A stretch of DNA of 36,212 nucleotides, from the IMG/VR virus record IMGVR_UViG_3300016263_000666, positions 1-36,212 of that record; one strand, written 5' to 3'. The stretch's first letter is position 1. Every line of letters starts with the position of its first letter. This document shows positions 35,174 through 36,212 of the stretch, piece after piece. Both the position numbers and the translations under genes were made by a program. The notes beneath the pieces were generated by a model. It ran no database searches, had not been told where the DNA came from, and was given only the letters and a program-made list of their open reading frames with translations. Source of the stretch: a virus (lineage: Duplodnaviria; Caudoviricetes).

Positions 35174-35813
35174 CTGTAAACATGTTATAGTGTCTTGGGT
35201 AGATATGTAAGTTAGTGATCATCCAATGCATTTCACCTACAGGATAGCCAGTCTCTTTTGAGATCAGTTCCATAAGCTTAGCAAATGTGTATTGATCGTT
35301 ACAGAAGCCGTAGACAAGATCAATTGATCTAGCGAACACAGTGAGATCGAGATAGCCGTCTTTAATGTAGAAATTAAGCACATCATTGCAAGGCGTGTCG
35401 AACTGGTAACGATCTAATTCGTTAAGATCGTAATGCACAATAATAGCTCTACGAGTTTCTTTATTACGCTTGAGGTCTTTTATCACTCGGTCTAGTTGAT
35501 CGTTGTAATTCCAGAAGTAGCCGTAGTTAGAATTGACCTCTCCTCTGGTATCAGGCACCATCATCAGCTTCCACATCTTAGCACGCTCTGCTATATCATT
35601 AGCATTGCGATCACCTTTGAGATACCACTCCCACTCGTAGTCAGCATACTCTTTATTGAACTTACGCTGAGGTGTAGTGATCACTTTCTCCTCTGGTAGT
35701 TCTATAGTGAAGCACTGGTTAAATAAGGCTTTAGTGCCTGCAAAGTCTTCACCAAACACTTTGATATCATTGTATAGCATCTCAAATGCATCTGTTGGTG
35801 TCTTAAATCTCAT
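35154..35813 (-). CDS. Thymidylate synthase superfamily, dCMP hydroxymethylase (T4 gp42)-like
   Basis: VNSNYG, TRRA, PC, RSIDLVYGFCND (Asp at the substrate-specificity position), LHIY.RH. Confidence 0.8.
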   Translation of the reverse strand: MRFKTPTDAFEMLYNDIKVFGEDFAGTKALFNQCFTIELPEEKVITTPQRKFNKEYADYEWEWYLKGDRNANDIAERAKMWKLMMVPDTRGEVNSNYGYFWNYNDQLDRVIKDLKRNKETRRAIIVHYDLNELDRYQFDTPCNDVLNFYIKDGYLDLTVFARSIDLVYGFCNDQYTFAKLMELISKETGYPVGEMHWMITNLHIYPRHYNMFTDGADKD

Positions 35814-36210
35814 ATTTCTCTACTGGTATAAATTGTTTCAAAAACTCTGGGCCGTCTAAGTTACGATATGTCTCTAAATATACAACTCTTTTTACACCTG
35901 CTTGCAAAATAAGTTTAGAGCAGTCTAAACAAGGCGAAAGAGTCAAATAGAGTGTTGAGCCATCAACTGATGTGCCTGTCTTTGCTGCTTTAAGCACAGC
36001 ATTCACTTCAGCGTGTATGACTTCACTCTTTGTGACTAGTTTGTAATTGCCATGAGTGTTTCTGAATGGCCACTCAACTAGTATAGTATCTATATCAGAC
36101 CAAGCACCAGCATCTTGAGGCAGATAACTTCTAGTCTCGCATGAGTTATCCATACCAGCAGGCGTGCCATTATAGCCAAATGATATGACATTACCCTCTT
36201 TAACTAGCAC
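35803..36210 (-). CDS. dCMP deaminase, 5'-truncated by window edge
   Basis: GYNG.P.G, HAE.NA, SPCLDC. Confidence 0.93.
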   Translation of the reverse strand: MLVKEGNVISFGYNGTPAGMDNSCETRSYLPQDAGAWSDIDTILVEWPFRNTHGNYKLVTKSEVIHAEVNAVLKAAKTGTSVDGSTLYLTLSPCLDCSKLILQAGVKRVVYLETYRNLDGPEFLKQFIPVEKYEI

Positions 36211-36212
36211 TG

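Noticed and set aside
35154-35813. Plain thyA call
   Set aside because: Asp rather than Asn at the specificity position and gp42-like motifs, so the symbol is withheld
608-35859. All plus-strand ORFs in the track, plus the minus-strand alternative-frame ORFs 24942-25157 and 33874-34218
   Set aside because: They lie within longer motif-bearing minus-strand genes or RNA genes and show no recognisable motifs; treated as shadow ORFs
1-36212. Stop-codon reassignment or a suppressor tRNA
   Set aside because: Genes are full length and densely tiled under the standard bacterial code, TAA, TAG and TGA all end genes, and no CTA/TCA anticodon was found

Overview
Segment of a large lytic bacteriophage genome, probably infecting a Bacteroidota host. 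Host clues are TAnnTTTG-type promoter boxes, mostly absent Shine-Dalgarno sites, a tmRNA tag starting GE and ending YALAA, and D-S/T-hydrophobic O-glycosylation motifs in exported proteins. Essentially all real genes are on the minus strand and tightly packed. In transcription order (right to left): dCMP deaminase and a T4 gp42-like dCMP hydroxymethylase, DUF1643, thioredoxin, and a membrane-protein-rich lysis cassette with an L,D-transpeptidase-motif enzyme. Next is an RNA-gene region with tmRNA, tRNA-Thr, tRNA-Gln, tRNA-Ile2/Met and two non-canonical tRNA-like RNAs, interleaved with a cysC/HIGH-nucleotidyltransferase/DUF2061 module. Then come a GH73 glucosaminidase, a Cas4-like nuclease, an RHH regulator, a ~21 kb AT-rich glycan biosynthesis cluster, a degenerate HTH-HNH gene and small hypothetical genes. 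The most unusual signals are a tRNA-Asp-like RNA with an 88-nt variable arm, a 95-nt minihelix RNA, a tmRNA with a 25-codon tag, an 18-bp boxA-containing RNA stem enclosing one gene, and the co-occurrence of a cytosine-modifying enzyme with a very large glycosylation cluster. All calls come from motif reading by eye; no searches were run.
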